Shown in pieces: positions 44,006 to 59,400 of a stretch of DNA of 64,000 nt (its first letter is position 1; each line of letters starts with the position of its first letter). Below the pieces are notes generated by a model. It was given only the letters and a program-made list of their open reading frames with translations, was not told the origin of the DNA and searched no databases. The stretch is from Coniocarpon cinnabarinum (Eukaryota): assembly GCA_051942205.1 (NCBI GenBank), contig JAVECO010000045.1, forward strand, positions 62,001-126,000, given 5' to 3'. Made by a program: the position numbers and the translations under genes.

Positions 44006-44585
44006 CTAAATGTCAGTCTTTGTCTCGCCAACGATCACAGCCTTCTCGGCCCTCTCGGGATCCGTATAGACCTTCAAGTCTTCCAGCAATTTCTGCGTCG
44101 CACCTGGTACCTCCCACTTCGCTTGCATGGCCTTCATTGCCGCCTCGTCGGGGAACTCAAGCTCGACAATCAATTCGGGTCCCATGGGCTGGTGGCGGCA
44201 TAGTCAGCTTGAATCCTCAATCCTTCGAATGATCATGGCTGCGCTGTCACTGCAAGAGTAATAGACAGAGAGCTCACGTGCGGGTCCGCGATTGCACGAA
44301 ACGCTGTTCCGCGCGTGTGTCTTGTAGATATGCACAGTCTTTGGAACAGCATTGATGTGGAAGAGATCTCATGAGCTAAGTGTGAAGGTGATGGGTCTGG
44401 CTTACCTCCCTTCCATGCATGGTAGGAAGCGTACTATCAATGTAATGCCGCTTAAACGTCTTTGGTATCGTATCGCCGCAGACTTCCTTCACGATAGGAA
44501 GATGCACCTCTTCGAAGTGTTTCTTGAACTGCTCATGGGTGAGGTCAGGGTGTCGATACTGGAAGGAGATGAGTGTGATGGTCAT
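44006..44585 (-). CDS. EthD-like small protein; intron 44405-44189
   Basis: R.PDLTHEQFKKHFEEVHLP N-terminus. Intron GTAAGC..GCTGAC..CAG joins to PMGPELIVELEFPDEAA. Confidence 0.75.
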
Positions 44586-44948
44586 GTTTGCTCATGCACT
44601 GAACCTTGCGAGTCGAAGATGTGAAGAACTTGTGACTATAAGCGAGCTCCTGCAGAAAAATGAAGGCGGAGAGGACTGATGTCCCTTGCTTCCTATATAT
44701 TTGGCGACGCGGCATAGACTTGTGACGAAGTTACGTGGTGGATCTGGCAATATTTGGAGGCCTGGCCCCCAATGAAGCTTTGATGCCACACATGGACGGC
44801 TGATCAGCTTTGTGACCAATGAGGCAATCAGTCTTGAATCATAAATCTTGTGGCCCCCCGCGAAGCGTCCGTCTTTGATTTTTGCCACAGCCTACTTCAA
44901 GTTGCTAATTGAGTCTTCTCTCCACGCTGGCTGGCTTGGGCCACTGCC

Positions 44949-45790
44949 TTACTTTACTTCGCCATCTGTGCTCTTGCGTTTCTCCTCCTGCGATTCTTCT
45001 TTCTCATCGCTGCCTTCTGGTTCGCCGTCGGACTCGCCGTCGGACTCGCCGGCGCTTCCCTCCTCACCCCCTCCGTCAGATTCCTCTTCTTCATCCCGCC
45101 TGAACGTTTTTTGCATCCACTCCAGGCTCACTTCCTTGAAGTCACATGTGTGTTCGTTGACTGTGAACTCCCTCTTGTTCCAGTCAACCCAATAAGCCCA
45201 CTCGCAAAAGAGAGTGTCCTCTGCAAAATCAGTACCTAGGGTTAAAGTCAGTGACTGTTGTCTATTATGCTGTAAAAGTGGGGTTATTCTGAGATTTGCT
45301 CTGTAGTGGTGTCTTTATGATATTATCAAAGGGAGCAAACGTACCGTCAATGAGATGGCCAAGCGAGCCGTCGAGGATGCGTGGCAGCGCCCCAGCACCT
45401 TGCATATTGTATAAGAGACAGTACCAATCCGCAGAGGAGCGCGAAGCGACTCCAAGATTGGCAAATTCGGAGTACTTGATCTGCAACTCGGAGGGAACGC
45501 GTTCGTCTTCTGAAACCCTTCCAAAACGTCAGCACATTCCATGACCAAGTTCGCAGGAGCAACTCCATCCAAATAGCAGATAACCATGAGAACAGCGTAT
45601 TTCAGTAACTAACATACCACTCAATTTGCTCAACCCTCTCAGCCATTTGCTGAATCTGCTCTTCCGACAACGATTTGATGAACTTGACAATCCAGTCTCC
45701 AAGACCCTCAGGGTATGAATCCCAGTGATGGTAAGCACCCTTTTTGCGACCATTGCGGAGGATGTGACCGAGAAGGCCTCTGGTACCCAT
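44949..45790 (-). CDS. Fungal hypothetical protein, 3 exons, acidic tail
   Basis: MGTRGLLG..YHHWDSYPEGLG, DWYCLL..MQG and FCEWAYWVDW joined by GTATGT..GCTGAC..AAG and GTACGT..ACTGAC..TAG introns. Confidence 0.75.
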
Positions 45791-46320
45791 GGTTGATTGG
45801 TCTGGAAGCGTGCTGTAAAATAGAAAGCTGATGTCTAGCTACGGAGAGGATGGAAGTAAAAGATGGTAGAAGTTCTGGTCGAAGAGGTAGTTGTGGAGGG
45901 AAGAAGGACTGAAAATGTATTCAAGAAGTTCAAAGGATGAAACACGTGCTATGCAGGCTGCATGGAGCACATGATTCAGGACAGGTTACACCAAGGCAGC
46001 AGTATGCAGGTACGAGGCGGAAGTGTGCCGATCCCGCGTTTCAGAGTGAGCTTGAGAGAAGCACCAGGCTACGCCCGTGTGGGTAAACAAAGAGGAGTCA
46101 GTCAGTCAGCAAGACTGTCACGAGACAGCGATGGAAGCGTGGTTTATTACATAGGGCAACCGAAACTAGAGTACAAAGGGTTCATATGGGTCCACGTAGA
46201 CTTCTGAAACCCTTCCGCAGCATTCGAGACTCCACGCTATGCTTGCAAGAATCCAAGCCAACCCACTGCGCCGTCGCATGCACGATAGTTGCACCCCCCT
46301 GAAAGAGCGGCTTCACGCTC

Positions 46321-49300
46321 TCACCAGAACGAGCACCATCCTATGTAATGCTGACATAGGTTCTCCAAATTGGTCGCCTCTAGAATCAAGCGCTCCACTT
46401 GCTCCTCCACGTCCAGTTCCAGTGGCTCGCTAGGTTGCGGGGTGTTCACACTCGGTGGCCGGTTGAAGTCTCGACCTGTCAATTTTTCCTTGACGCGACT
46501 CAACACTTGCAATGCCCGCTGATTCTGCTGTTCGGTGCCTTTGCCTTCAAATGTCGCTGCGCCAGCACCAGCAAGAGCATTTCCCAATGTGCCGTTAACA
46601 CCCGCAGTGGCAGATGACAAGCCGGTGGGTCGAGTGCCCGTCGTACTACTTCGATGACGTCCAGGCGGTCGGCCAGACAATGACCCTGTGATAGCTGGAT
46701 GATTCATGCGTTCCGCATTCACACCTGCCTCAGGATTTCCAACCCCGAATAGGCTTTCCCTCCTTTCGGATCTGAAGCTGGGCTCTGGTGGACTCTCTCG
46801 TGTATTCAAGCGCCACGTCAGAAGTGGATCATGCACGAATGCTTCCAACACGGCCATCAAGCTCTCTTTATTGTCACGTAACACTCGCATCACATTTTCA
46901 CACGTGGTGCGGAAGCTGCCTTCAATGTTGCTGACTTCCATGGCGAAAGTGAGCATACGAGTCAATCGGAAGGGTACACGTTCGGGGTACTTCTCACGGT
47001 GCATGGCCACTTCAAAGCAGTCGCCAAAGTCAATGTGAACGATCTTGCCTGTCACTCGATCAAGCATCAAATTGCTCGGATGTCGATCACCCAGTCCAAG
47101 AATGTATCCAACCATGGACATGACACCAAGCGAACGAATGTAGTTGGTACGACGATCCAGCCACGCCTCTGAGGACTTGCTCTTGAGCCAAAGCACGCGA
47201 TATAGATCTTGACCCGTGGTATTGTCCATGGCGTAAGAGAAGACTTCGACCTTTTGCATAAGGCTGAGCATATCATAATCAGGCGCCATCTGGAGCATGA
47301 TACGATGTTCAATGTTGAGCAAAATATTCCGATGTTCGCGGTAGTCCCTGATGAGAGCGTGTAGAGTATCCGAATTGGGAACCCATCCGAGCAAGCCTGA
47401 CTGTGTTGAGAGCGGTATTGCAGAATATCGCTGAATCGACAAGTGACGTTTGGTGCATTCGGCATCGTTCTGCAGAAGCGTGTTGACCAAGCCGAATAAT
47501 TGCATCACACGCTCATCTTGTCGAATATCCTCGTGACCCTTGAGCAGGAAGGTATGAACATTGCCATCTGAGCCTCGCAAGCAGAAGCGTCGAGGTCGTT
47601 GCTTCGATTGGATGACGAATGCTGTAGATTCAAAAGATTCAATGCTGATAACAGACTTGCCGGATTGGTACGTGCCAGGAACCGCCAAGTCCAGGTCTTT
47701 CGCGTCTTTGAGGGCGGGACTGACATAAGTGAGCTCCAGATTCTGAATCTGAGTGTTCTGCTTTGCAATCTTCTTAAAGACTTGATAGTATACGTCCCAT
47801 GCGGAATTGAGTTCACCATCATCGCCTGACTGCTTGAAAGCATTGCAAAATTCACGAGCTTCGTGCAAATCTCGTCCAAAAGTCTGAATAAATGATACTT
47901 CGCGTAGAGTTTGTGGTCCACGGTCAATCATGTCATGTAGCGGCTCAAGCACCCCAAACATGCCGACGACGTTCCTTTCGCCGAAGTAAAGACGCGATGC
48001 CTCCTCTAAGCCTTCGTGCCATTGTTCGTGCCAGAGAACAGCAATGCGGATCAACTCCCGAGAGACAAGCTCAGCTTGCTCCACAAGTCGAGGAGAATGC
48101 TGCCGGAGATTGTCCATAATAGCTTGAGCTGAACGAGAACGGTGTGTGACTTCAGATTTAATTGACACCGTCAAGGGAAAGACGAGCGCTTGTGGGTGTG
48201 CTCTACCCACCTCACAAAGAAGCGTATGAATGAGTTGACGCACGCGAGGAGAATGCTGATTGATACGGGCAATGAGTTGTGGTATGACTTCAAGCCAGGT
48301 ATCCACTGAGACAGAACTGATACCCTCAGTGACAGCTGTGCTGACTTCTACGTGAGCGCCATGAGCGAACCATAATGTGAGGATACGCAAGGTATCCTGA
48401 AGTGTCGAGGTTGCTGTAAGAGCAATAGATTTGAAGAATCCACGTATAGCTGGTGCGACACGAGCCACAATCTTCGCTGTGGGAACATCAGCCGCATCAC
48501 GATCAGGTCCGGTTGCACCTGTCAGTGCAGTAACGACCTCAAAATTAGACAACGCAAAGGCATGCCAGGCTTTGTGCCATTTCGGATCATGATTAGTAGC
48601 TGCGGCGTAAGAGTTGAGCACTTCATGAACCTGCTCATGGGCCCAGTCTCCCTTTTGCAACACAGTCTGCCATTGGCCCTGTTTGAAATGACATCGCGCC
48701 AGAAGTTTCTGCCACTCTGCAAGTTGCTTGGCTGTGCCAGGATCGGGACGACTCATACTCCCCATGTCGTAGCCATTGACGAAGTTCGATCCTCCAAGAG
48801 CACCGTAATTTCCACTGATGCCGTTGACACCATTTGCGTATTGTGTGGCCGCACTCACATTTTCTTGCTTGGACTTGGCCGTATATTCTTCTTTCAACTG
48901 TAGTGTGAAAGATTGAAGTGACGCTAAGGACTTTTCGTGGTCTCCATGTGCCCAGGCAAATTTCAATCGAGCGTAGTTAACAGCCGGTGAAATCACACTT
49001 GATGTCTGATCCTCATCTGAAGGTTCGTTTTCATCTGTCATCAAAGACTTCAACGTCTTCTCTGCAAGACCCCAGCGTGATGACTTCCGACAAAGATTGG
49101 CAAATTTAATGAGCATCTCTTCATTCTCAGAGGGCTTCATGACCAGCGCTCGTACACTCAGCATTCTATGCCAAGTCTCAACGTTACGTTGACAGCCTTT
49201 CAATCGCTTGACCCAAGTCTGTCGCATGATACTTCGCTTCGCGGGATCTTCATCATTTTGCTTGTAGACGATGATTTCTTCCAATTCTGCAAGCATCTGT

Positions 49301-52300
49301 GTCCGGACGACGACATTGTAAGCACGACTGTAGGATTCGCCAATCACGGTGCTCAGTTCAGCATCCAATGCATCTCGAGCCTGCTTGACGAACTTTTGGG
49401 CGGCTTCAAATTGGTCTCTGTGTATCGACAAGATCGCCCCAAAGAATGAACGATCAGGTGACTCAATGCGCATGGCACTCATATATTTGTCCACCAATTC
49501 CCATTGATGCAAGCCCCATGCCGCGGCCGCAGCAAGCGGTGCTATCTGCTTCTGACGACCATCGGCGGCTGCTCGAGACCATTTGTCTTCGGCCAAAGAG
49601 GCAAGAACGTCCCACTCTCCGAGAGCGTGCAAACATCGCATCTTGCCATACATGACCTCGAAGGATTCTGGCTCTTCCTCTTCACGGCGTTGGAAGGATC
49701 TCAAGGCGTCTTCGTAACGACCAAGCTTCTCGTACCAATTCTCTTGTACATCGACTTCCGTGTATTGATGAGCACGTTTCAGGATGCCAAAAGCTGCGTC
49801 TGTCTGCTGGAGATTGTTGTTGATACTGATGAGGCTATTAACCGCACTGGGACTTTGATCCGCGTTGTACTCCAACTCCTTCCAATGCAAGGCTTTAGCA
49901 AAGGCATGACATCTTCCAGCACATCCACCTAAAGCTCTCACATCAATTGGCAGTGCTTTATCGTCATGTTCCATGAATTCACAAAGATTGAGAAGTTGTT
50001 GGAGAATCTCCGGTGGAATGAGTGGTGCTGACAAGGCACTTTCAATGTTGGTGACGAGATCTCGCTGGAAGTTCTGAAATAGCAACGTGTAGCATGATGC
50101 GAAGGCCGAGTTGAAGAGCGCTCGTGCAGTAGGGATGTGAACTGAAGCCAGAGGGGCACACGCACGCAGAGCGTGATTGGGCGATTCTTTCAATAATTCG
50201 ATGTTCAATCGTTTGATCCACTCCAGCCAATCTTCACGAGTCGAACGTTGGCTAGTCTCCCATGCGGTTTTGAGATGTTCTTGGTTCACAGCTAGGGGCT
50301 TTGAGGATATTTCTGCAGGCCGATTCTGGTCTTCGTCTTCGCCATAGCGTGCATCAGGGTTCAAATTCTGAGGCAACGGCTCACCTTTTTGAAGCTTTTC
50401 AACAAGAGTGCCGTATGTTTGATGGGGGATCCGATTAGTTGTCAGTACTTTGTTGACCATAGGGATGAAGCTGAGATAGTCAGGACCAAGGTGAAATACA
50501 AGAGCAGCCAAGGCATCGAGCGCCGTCGCTCGAAGTTGGAGATCAGGACCAGGTTGTGCAAGGATGCGACACAGAGGGTGAATCATGCGGCTGGCAAATT
50601 CCGAAAGATTCACCTTCCGCGAGATCCGTCCTAATGTCTCAATAGCCTGTTTGCGAATGTGGGTTGGGTTGCTTTGCTTGTCGAATAATCGAACAACCGT
50701 CGGAATGATCAGATGCATGTACTCTTCCGCACTTGAGCCAAAGACTAAGAAAGCTCTCAAAATGCGCTCCGACGGGATGCGTTTTTGAGTTCTGTCATCT
50801 CGCAAGATATCCAACATCATGGGTAGCACACGAGCCAGATAGACTTTGAAGTCACCTTCTAAAGATCGTGCGATAGATTCAATAAGGGTCAGCATTGTAG
50901 CAAGCGCTTCACGTCTTTCCGTCCAGAAGGTCTGAACAATGTCAAGAATTGGGTGAAGATATGGTCTGATATGTAGACGAACGATACGAACGAGCTGACT
51001 GAGTTGACTAAAGTACCCTTCGGCTCCAGCCGGAGTTGCGTTTTTAATGACCAAAATGAATCCAGGTATAACTTTACCCAAAAAGTTGACACACTTGAGC
51101 CCCATAGTGGCGTAGATGTTCATGACAGCTTCGATGACATTTGAATGATACTGAGTCAGGGTTGGGTCGTGAAGGAGATCCATCAAAGTGTAAATGACAA
51201 TCGTCGGGTAAAATTCTTCATGTTCCGGTCGTTGCCCGTTGATGATCAGGGAGACATCGTTGATGCCCTTGGAGTCATTCGCAAGATTATTCTCAGGAGA
51301 ACCCTCCACGAGCATCTGATATTTGTAGGGATCAAAGGCACCAAGAATACCCATGACTCTAATTGTTTCTAGACGGAGCTCTCCAGGCGGTTCTCCAGAC
51401 ACTATACCCATCAAGATTCCCAGTAGATCAGGATGGTGGATGTAAGGTTCAATGACATATCCCGCATTGCCCGCAAGTTGACCAAGCGTCTTCAACGCAG
51501 CAAATCGTTTTTGTAAAGAACCTTGGTCGACCAAGTAGATCATAATCGTTTGCATGAGCGTGTCGATATATTTGCACATATCCTCACCACCAACAACGGC
51601 CAAGTCACCAACGGCTTTGAGCGATGTGGCTGCAACTGTTTCGTCAAGATCCTGTGTTTTGGGTAACAGAACGGCTACCATTGGATCAACGTAGGGCTTG
51701 ATCAATCGAGAAGATGAAGAAACGAGGTTGCTGACCAGCTTAGCGCTTTCTTGTTTGGCTTTCGGAGTAGTCGTATACTCAATTTCAGTCAAGAGTTGAA
51801 TCAACACCTTTCTCAAAGAGGGGAAGACATAGGCCGGATTGACTGAAGTGAGACGTCCGATAATTGCCATGGATGCTTCGCGATTAGGGAAATATTCATC
51901 GTTCAAGCAAAGAAACAAGCTGCGAATATTTTCAGCCTTGGCCAGATGCTTGTCAAAGCGGGAGACAAGGGATGTCAGAATGACGTGACGTATATCCGGG
52001 ACTGGATCCGCGACCGCCACCGTTAAAAGTCGCTCAATGACGTTGCTAACAACTTGCATGGCATGTCGACTGACTTGTTTGACGCTCGGATCGTTGATAA
52101 ACAATTGGCAGCAAGTCAATGCGGCAGCTCTCCGTGTGGATGCGCGATCATCCTCGACATAACGAATAGCCACATCTCGGACAAATTCATTCAAAATATA
52201 TCCTGAAAAATTGAAACTCCCAAGGGTGGTCAGTGCAAGTTCAATCTCAGCCTCTCTTTGTTCACTTTGGGTCGGATCTCGTAGGTCTCGCGTTACGCTT

Positions 52301-53784
52301 GTGACAATGGAATTTTGGTTGGGGCTTCCAAGAGGTGAGAAAGGTTTACCCGACAGAACTTTGCTGAGAAGATCGAGAAGCTTTTCTTGTATGGTCGGTC
52401 TGGCTGGAGGAATATAATGAGCCATGTCGACCAATGCCTGCACCAGGGGTCCGCTCAGACCACAAGCAAAGATTGGATCCAGCAACGCATCCATGTATTT
52501 TGTCAAGGTCTGGCCCACAGCAATGGCGACCATGCTGATACACTGAAAAATCGGAGCGTCATTGAAGGTCTTGGTGCGAGCTTTGATACTCAGTCCTTCC
52601 CTCACGTAGACAAGTATACCATCAAGATACGGTTCGACTGCACTTCCGACAGCGGTTGCGACCTTGCCAATGGCGACGAAAGCCAGGTCGCGATCTTTTT
52701 CACGTTTCAGGAGTCCCTGCAGATGCATCATAAATTTGTGTAAATACGCACTTCCAAACTCTTGTGGATAGTAAGCGGCCAGAATGGGAATGATCATGGT
52801 GACCTGTTTCCGAATCAGCAGATCGCGATGATCTTTCAGTGCAAACACTTTGTCACAGGCATCCGCGTATCGAGAGCCAGACTGCATGAACATGCCGCCT
52901 CTGTCCAGTAGTTGATTCAAGGCCAGTAAAGAGCCGTGCGTGGTCTCTGGTGTGTTCAACACGAAACCTTTGAAGATTTCATTGTAGACACGGGCAAACC
53001 ATTGGTCGCGTAGAAGGACGTCACGATCGGCAATGATCTGAAATATTGAGCTCATTGCACCTGCAGTCGATTCACGTATGAGCACTTTCGGATCGCGGAG
53101 CGCGACCCAAATGACCTCCAAAATGGCGTTGACATATTGATATAAAAGTGTTGGCGAGCTTTCGGCCAGCTCTTGAAGTATGAGCACAGCTGCAAACCGG
53201 CGATGTTCTTGTCGTTCCACTTGTAGCGATTCTAAGGCGACTTTGACTTCTGCATCGACCAACTCCGAGCAGAGTGGATTTTGCGGTTTGGCCAATATTC
53301 CCAAAGCTTTTGCAGCCAGGACCATTGCGCCTGTATCATTGCCTTTCATAACAGTCCGAAGTGATGCCGCAAACCGGGTAGTCTTTTGCGCGACATCGTC
53401 TCCTTTGAATTGCATAAGCTGCATGAGGGCGTAAATGCCTCCCGTGCGCTCCGCACTGCGTTCAGGGCCTTCGCCGGCTGCACCGACGAGTGCCGTAGAC
53501 TTGGTGACGACATGGCGGTAGATGCTGGCGTACTCGACTGGAAGGTTGGCGAGTTCTTTCATGAGCGATTAGCAAAGGTAGCAACGCATCGAATTTCGTA
53601 ATCACACACCGCGTTGGGCACTCTCGAGAGATGTGCGTAGGTCCTCGGCCGCCTGAATGCGGACGTCCTCATTTCTGCCACATCAGAGTAAGCTTGAGAA
53701 CCTGCAGTGTCGGGCGAGATAGCTTCACCTTGACTTCAGTTCAGTAAAGATGCGTTCAAAATTGTCTTTTGCCGCTTGATTCAT
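46321..53784 (-). CDS. TOR: TOR kinase; two 54-nt 5' introns (53728-53675, 53609-53556)
   Basis: HEAT and FAT regions, FRB (WHEQWHEGLEEASRLYF), kinase (LLKGHEDIRQDERVMQLF, GLGDRHPSN, HIDFGDCFE) and FATC (LCQHYIGWCSFW). Confidence 0.97.
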
Positions 53785-54228
53785 CTTCGTGAGGGCTGCA
53801 CGCAGCTTGCCCTCTTGCTAGAGTGAACAGCATCCACAGAGTAGACAGCAGATATATCAGCTGGCAGCGGTCTTTTATGATGGTTGAGGCACGCATAGAT
53901 AAGCCGCGACCTCGCCGAGAGGAGCTTTCCACATGACCAGTGAACGATGGCGAAAGATCAACAACCCTTGCAAGCCCTCTCAAAGACTCACCGCGTCGCT
54001 TGTCTTCAGTACCACACATGCCCCTCGACTCGGCGACAAACCTTGTAAGCGACAGTCGCCTTGCCGCGCGTCTAGCGCTTGTTCACCGCCAAGTGGCGAA
54101 AACTCGGCAGGGCCACGCACTGTGAGCACCATCTGGAGACGTCCAGTTGTCTTCTCAGACAGTCAGAATTACTCTTCGTCCATTCATCTACATTTCTATC
54201 CAGATTTGTACATCACTCATAATGATCA

Positions 54229-55372
54229 TCAGATGCCAACAGCTTGCAGACTCTTCACCAGATCCGTAATGCTCTGCTCAAATGACGTAAACTTGAGTCC
54301 CAGAATGTCCTTGGTGCGACTGTTGTCAACCTTAAAGATTGGGTCTGGCAGTCGACCTCCTGGTACACTCTCGTCTGGTGCGACATCTTTATACTCAGGA
54401 AAGTTCCTCCGGATGACTTGCGCAATCTCGTAATTGCAGAAGTAGCCGGCGGTGACGAAGAACCGCTTGTTGGACGCAGCTGCGACCTCGATAGCCTTGA
54501 CATGCGCCAACGCAAGGTCGCGGACATCAATCCACACACACACGCCAGTGTCGGCAATCTCGTTCTTCCACTGGCCCTGAATGCAATTCCTGGTTCGTTG
54601 ATTCGATGTGTTCAAAGCATCCAACGAGTTAAGATAGTGCACGATTGGTCCTGAGTATGCCCATTAGCTGCTGCTGATGATACTGCGCTTCGATGCAACA
54701 TGGATAGTAGTCCTACGTACCAACCACCAGGGGTGGGTTCATGGTGACCAGGTCGAAATTAGGCTTCTCCTTTTCAACAAAGTCCCAAGCTGCGCGTTCC
54801 GCGAAGGTCTTGCTAGCACGATACCCGGCGGCCTGGCTTTGAAGAGCTTCTTCATGTGTAAGTGGACTCCAGTCCTGCTCACTGTAAGTGTGTTCCGGCC
54901 AGGTGCCTTTCGTTGGATTGATCATCGCAGCAAAGCTACTGGTGATGACAACGCGCTTCACTGTAGGCGCGCTGGCCTTGATGGCTTTCAAGATACCAGT
55001 CGTGCCGACGATGGCAGGATCCAGAAGGTCCTTCTGAATATCTTGCGCATTGAAGTGGAATGGACTAGCAGTGTGTATGACCGACTCAAAAGGTGGATTT
55101 GATTTGACAGCATCCTTGAAAGCATCTGGCTGGGCAATATCCTCGACGATGGAAAAGTCTAGCTTGTCCTTGCCGTACTTTGGACGATTTTGCCTGATCT
55201 TGTCTGCCTTTGCTTGCGAGCGCACTGTGGTCACGACAGAGTGCCTGAATGCTCTATCAGCGCCGAGGACTACGGGAACGTGTGCATGGGACTTCGCTTA
55301 CCCATCTTGGAGCAGGTAGTCGAGCACATGGGCAGCAATGAAGCCGGAGCCACCAGTGAGAAGGACCCTCAT
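54229..55372 (-). CDS. NAD(P)-dependent reductase, Gre2/dihydroflavonol-reductase-like; 2 introns
   Basis: MRVLLTGGSGFIAAHVL, VIHTASPF, VVITSSFAA, YRASKTFAERAAW and WIDVRDLALAHV. Confidence 0.88.
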
Positions 55373-56411
55373 GATTGCTAGAAATAGGTGATGTATTCAC
55401 AAATGTTCAAACCGATTGATTTGTTGCGATACCAGGAATGCAGGCAGCTGCCCAGATACTTATATGCTTCCGCCGATACATTGGCATGTCGCAAAATTCC
55501 ACGTTTCGTCATAGCCATTGACCTTAGCGATCCATTCTGGCAGCTGTCTCGCTACACGTAACTCCGGGCGTCTGCATGGCTGTCATTGGCGCACGCCGGT
55601 ACTTATTTGCCGGCGTGAAACCTTGTTTTACGCCGCTGCTGCCTTAGAAAACAGGTCTGTTACTTGTAATCCTTCTGCTGGAGAACTCCCATCTTCACCA
55701 GCCTCCTCCCATTGAACGGGGTGATCGCTCTGTAGCTTGAAGCGTGCTCTTGGAACCATTTTCCTTGAAGCTTCACAATGCATGGGAGGCGCAATGGCTG
55801 CGAAAGACGCTGGCGAGCTACCATTGCCGTGAACGTGGTTATGGAGATATCGGCGGTTGAGCGCTACGTGCGAAGCTGTCGATCTTCGTTTTGATGTTTT
55901 CGCCATCAGTCTTACAATTACAAATCAGGAGGCGACGGCTGTCGGAGGTATCGGCCAGGAACTGACGGGCGTTGTTGTGTGTGAGCATCTTTGCGCTCGC
56001 GCTCGCTCAGTGCAAGTCGCGAGCCATGCTATCCTAAACTGAGTGACAGGTGGCGGAGTCGCGGCCCTGTCGAGATGGGAAGAAAGTGCTCGAAGAGGAC
56101 ATGAAAGTGCAGCTGAGCACCTCAAATAAGCGTAGATCGGCCAATATGGGATGGATGGTACTAGGTGTGGGTTGGATGTGTGTTGGACGCGCACGATATG
56201 GAAGGCAACTACATTGCGAGGGAGATGAGGGTGACAAGTGACAAGGCAGTCACCAGTCACCCTCCTGGTATGTTTACTCACCGCCGCTTCACCGCTTCAC
56301 TACGCGGTCGAGACCCTCAACCAACACTTCTCTTCCGTCGTCCTGTCCTCTCTACCCAAGCACACCACCGCATGCTCTTTGTCATAGTAGTGCATATCAT
56401 TGTCCCCAAGC

Positions 56412-59400
56412 ATGCCATCCTATTACTGTGAGGACTGCAGTCGCACCTTTGTGAATTTTAGGGCCATTGAAGATCATTACGCCTATTCTGCAAATCACCG
56501 AAGCGACACCAGCTCCTCCAGCTCCGAATATCAGTCCTTAACCACGCAGGAGGAGGAGGAGGAAGAGGAGGAAGAGGAATGCCGGCGCTGTGGTCGCGTG
56601 TTTGCCAATGAGCACGCGTTGCAGCAACACAAGCGCGACAGCTTGGCTCACTGGCTCTGCGACAGGAACTGTGGGGTGGGGGAACGTCCCAAATGTCCTT
56701 TTGATGGGGGCGCGTGGACTTTGTTGTGTCGGCATTGGGATTCGCAAAAGTGCTTTCTCTACTGCAAATGCGGGCTCGGCTGGCTATCCCAAAGTCAGCT
56801 CGAGGAGCACCGCGATGAATGTATTTGTGATTCTTGTGGCGAACATCTCGTGGATCGCAAAAGCAAACAAAAGGTGACTTTCCCTTCCATCTCAACTCTG
56901 CTGTTAGCTTGCAATTAATTCAGGCAATCCAGCATGTTTCAGTCCGACATTTTGTCCCGGCAGCTCCTGCCTATTCCTTGGCAGCTTTCTTCACCATAAA
57001 GGGGTCTGCACAAAAACAGAAGCATCGATCGAACCGGGACGTGCTCCAGAGCGATACACCATCACCTGCAACGAATCCTGTTCCACTCTCTCCCCCTATT
57101 AAGACCTGCAACGATTCATCAACTTACTTGCCTGCGGCCATCACTACCTCGCCGTCCTCTCCTGAGAGCCCGGTCAAGGCCGAATCCAACAATCTAACAA
57201 GCCAGGTTGTTGAGAAGAAAATGTCCGACGAAGAAGACATTGCTGGCCCTCACGACCCGGAAAAGTCCAACCTCTCGTCGAGCACGTTGGGATGGGACAC
57301 AAAAGATGTACAATCACCGGCGAGAAAACATTATGAGCCCTCGGAGTTGCTCGCGTTGCGACCACTTGCAGTTCAAAATATTCGCGTGCCCAGCCTCAAA
57401 GAGCTCGGTGTGGTTTACCCACCGGTGAAGGGAGCATATATATCTCCACAACGTCCATCGTCAGGCATCATTGGCTCCCACAACTATCGCGGAATAAACT
57501 CTCCCAAAGCTGCAGTAGATTCCACTAAGCCCACAGTCCAGTTGAGAAAATCTTTTGCCAACAATAACGAAAATCAACCGAGCTACTCAGACCCACAGCA
57601 GGAGTCTTTCGAAGTATGGGCGTGGGGCGAGGACAATGGCCGTGCCCCGTCGCCATATTTCTCCCCGAAGCCCATGACCAACTTCGGTGCAAGCCCACAA
57701 GGAGGTGCTATCAAAGGCGAAGCCTATGTCAAGGTTCCGAACAGCGGGCAGCAGCTGGCTGATGCGAGCTCTCTCTCGCGATTTGAGCCATCTCAAGGCC
57801 ACCCATCTAAGACAAGTCATCTGCCAGCTCTACCGGTGCTTGAACCATCTCCCAAAGACGCAGCTCAGGACTTGCTCGAATTCGATAACAGCTTCCTCGA
57901 AATAGCGCCACTGCGACCCGGCAAGTGGCACGGGAAAGACGAGAATGGGCAGCCAATCCTCGACTTTGACAACAGCGAGCTAGATGCTTTTGCAGAAATG
58001 GTTGATAAAAACCGCAGAACTCCAGACGCACGCACCAGACCTGCCCAAGACTCATGGACGAACGATCTGAAACAGGTTGATGGCATTCTTGTCGACCTTG
58101 GAAGTAGTGGCGAGCAACAACGAAGTTCCCCAAGTGCTGCAACTCAGCCGGCGTCAGCTCCAGTCACGCCGCGCTATGACATGCAGCCTTCGAAACAGGT
58201 CGAGAGGCGTTTGAATTCGGAGCTGATGCATACGGTCAGTCCACACGGTAACATGCCGGCGTGGGCCAATGTAGGCTCTCCGACAAACAGCAGAGCCACT
58301 TCGACGGTCACGCGTGCTTTGAAGCTGGACACGTTCCATCTAACCAAAGCGCAGCGTAGTGAGCGCACCTGGGCCCAATTCAAGGCTGACCTTTCGGCGT
58401 GGGCAGCGCCAAGGACGAGGGAAGACGTAAAATTGATGATGAGTCAGGAGTTCCCTCTGGAGGAGGTTATTGTCAACGCCGGCATGAATAATCGCTTTGA
58501 GAAAGAACTCGAGGAAGTCTTGGCTCTTGAGGACAGCATGAGGTAGGCTTGCACCTATCCTCGTGCTCGTGCCTCTCTGAGTATGACTGACGTGATGTGA
58601 CGTACCAATATAGAGACGTTGTTACTGCACAGCGTCGTGGACCGGGCTTTGAGCACCAACTAGCGGCAGCATATCCAAACGGGCATGTGCTGTATCAGAA
58701 GTACATAGCAGCAATGTCTGGATCCTCCCAAATCCACGATGTTTCTTCAACGTTTAATTACAGGAGGTGTACGCCAGCCCGTGTGAGTTTCATTTTCAGA
58801 TGGAGCTGACAAGTAAAACTAGGTATGAGAAATACCCAGCCCAGTTATCTGTCATCAAGTCCATCAGATTCTGCCGCTGCACAGCTTCATCAACCGCATT
58901 TCTTTGGTCCCATTCCCAGAGCTTCGCCAAGAGCAACTGGCTACTGTCAGACTCTACCATCGCGACGCTCAAGAAGACCGCCTCCGGTCCATGAGCCCAA
59001 GGAACGTCTTAGTTATCATTCCCAATCGCACTCTGTCGATTCATCGACTCAGAGCCACTCTCATCATTCAACTACTCTGACCTCACCGCTCCGCCCACAA
59101 GCCAAGCTGTTCATCCCATTTGTGAATTTGGCACCCACCTCACAGAACCCGACGACGTTTTTTCTCGAGCCCCCGGACCCGCGTGACCGTCGCTGCTGGG
59201 GGGCCTGCGATGAAACATTCTCAAGCCTTGCGACTCTTGTTGCTCATCTAGAAGAAGGCTGCGCTTTTTCTCAAATCCCGGTGCAGAGGCTTTGGCTCGC
59301 TGCGGCTCATACGACGTATGCAAGGACGTTCATGCAGTCTGCTTACCGCAAAATTATTGTCGGTGGTGGCACGCCGGTTGCTACGGAGGAGGAGAAATAC

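Noticed and set aside
56549..56579. GAG/GAA run
   Set aside because: Simple poly-Glu coding microsatellite.
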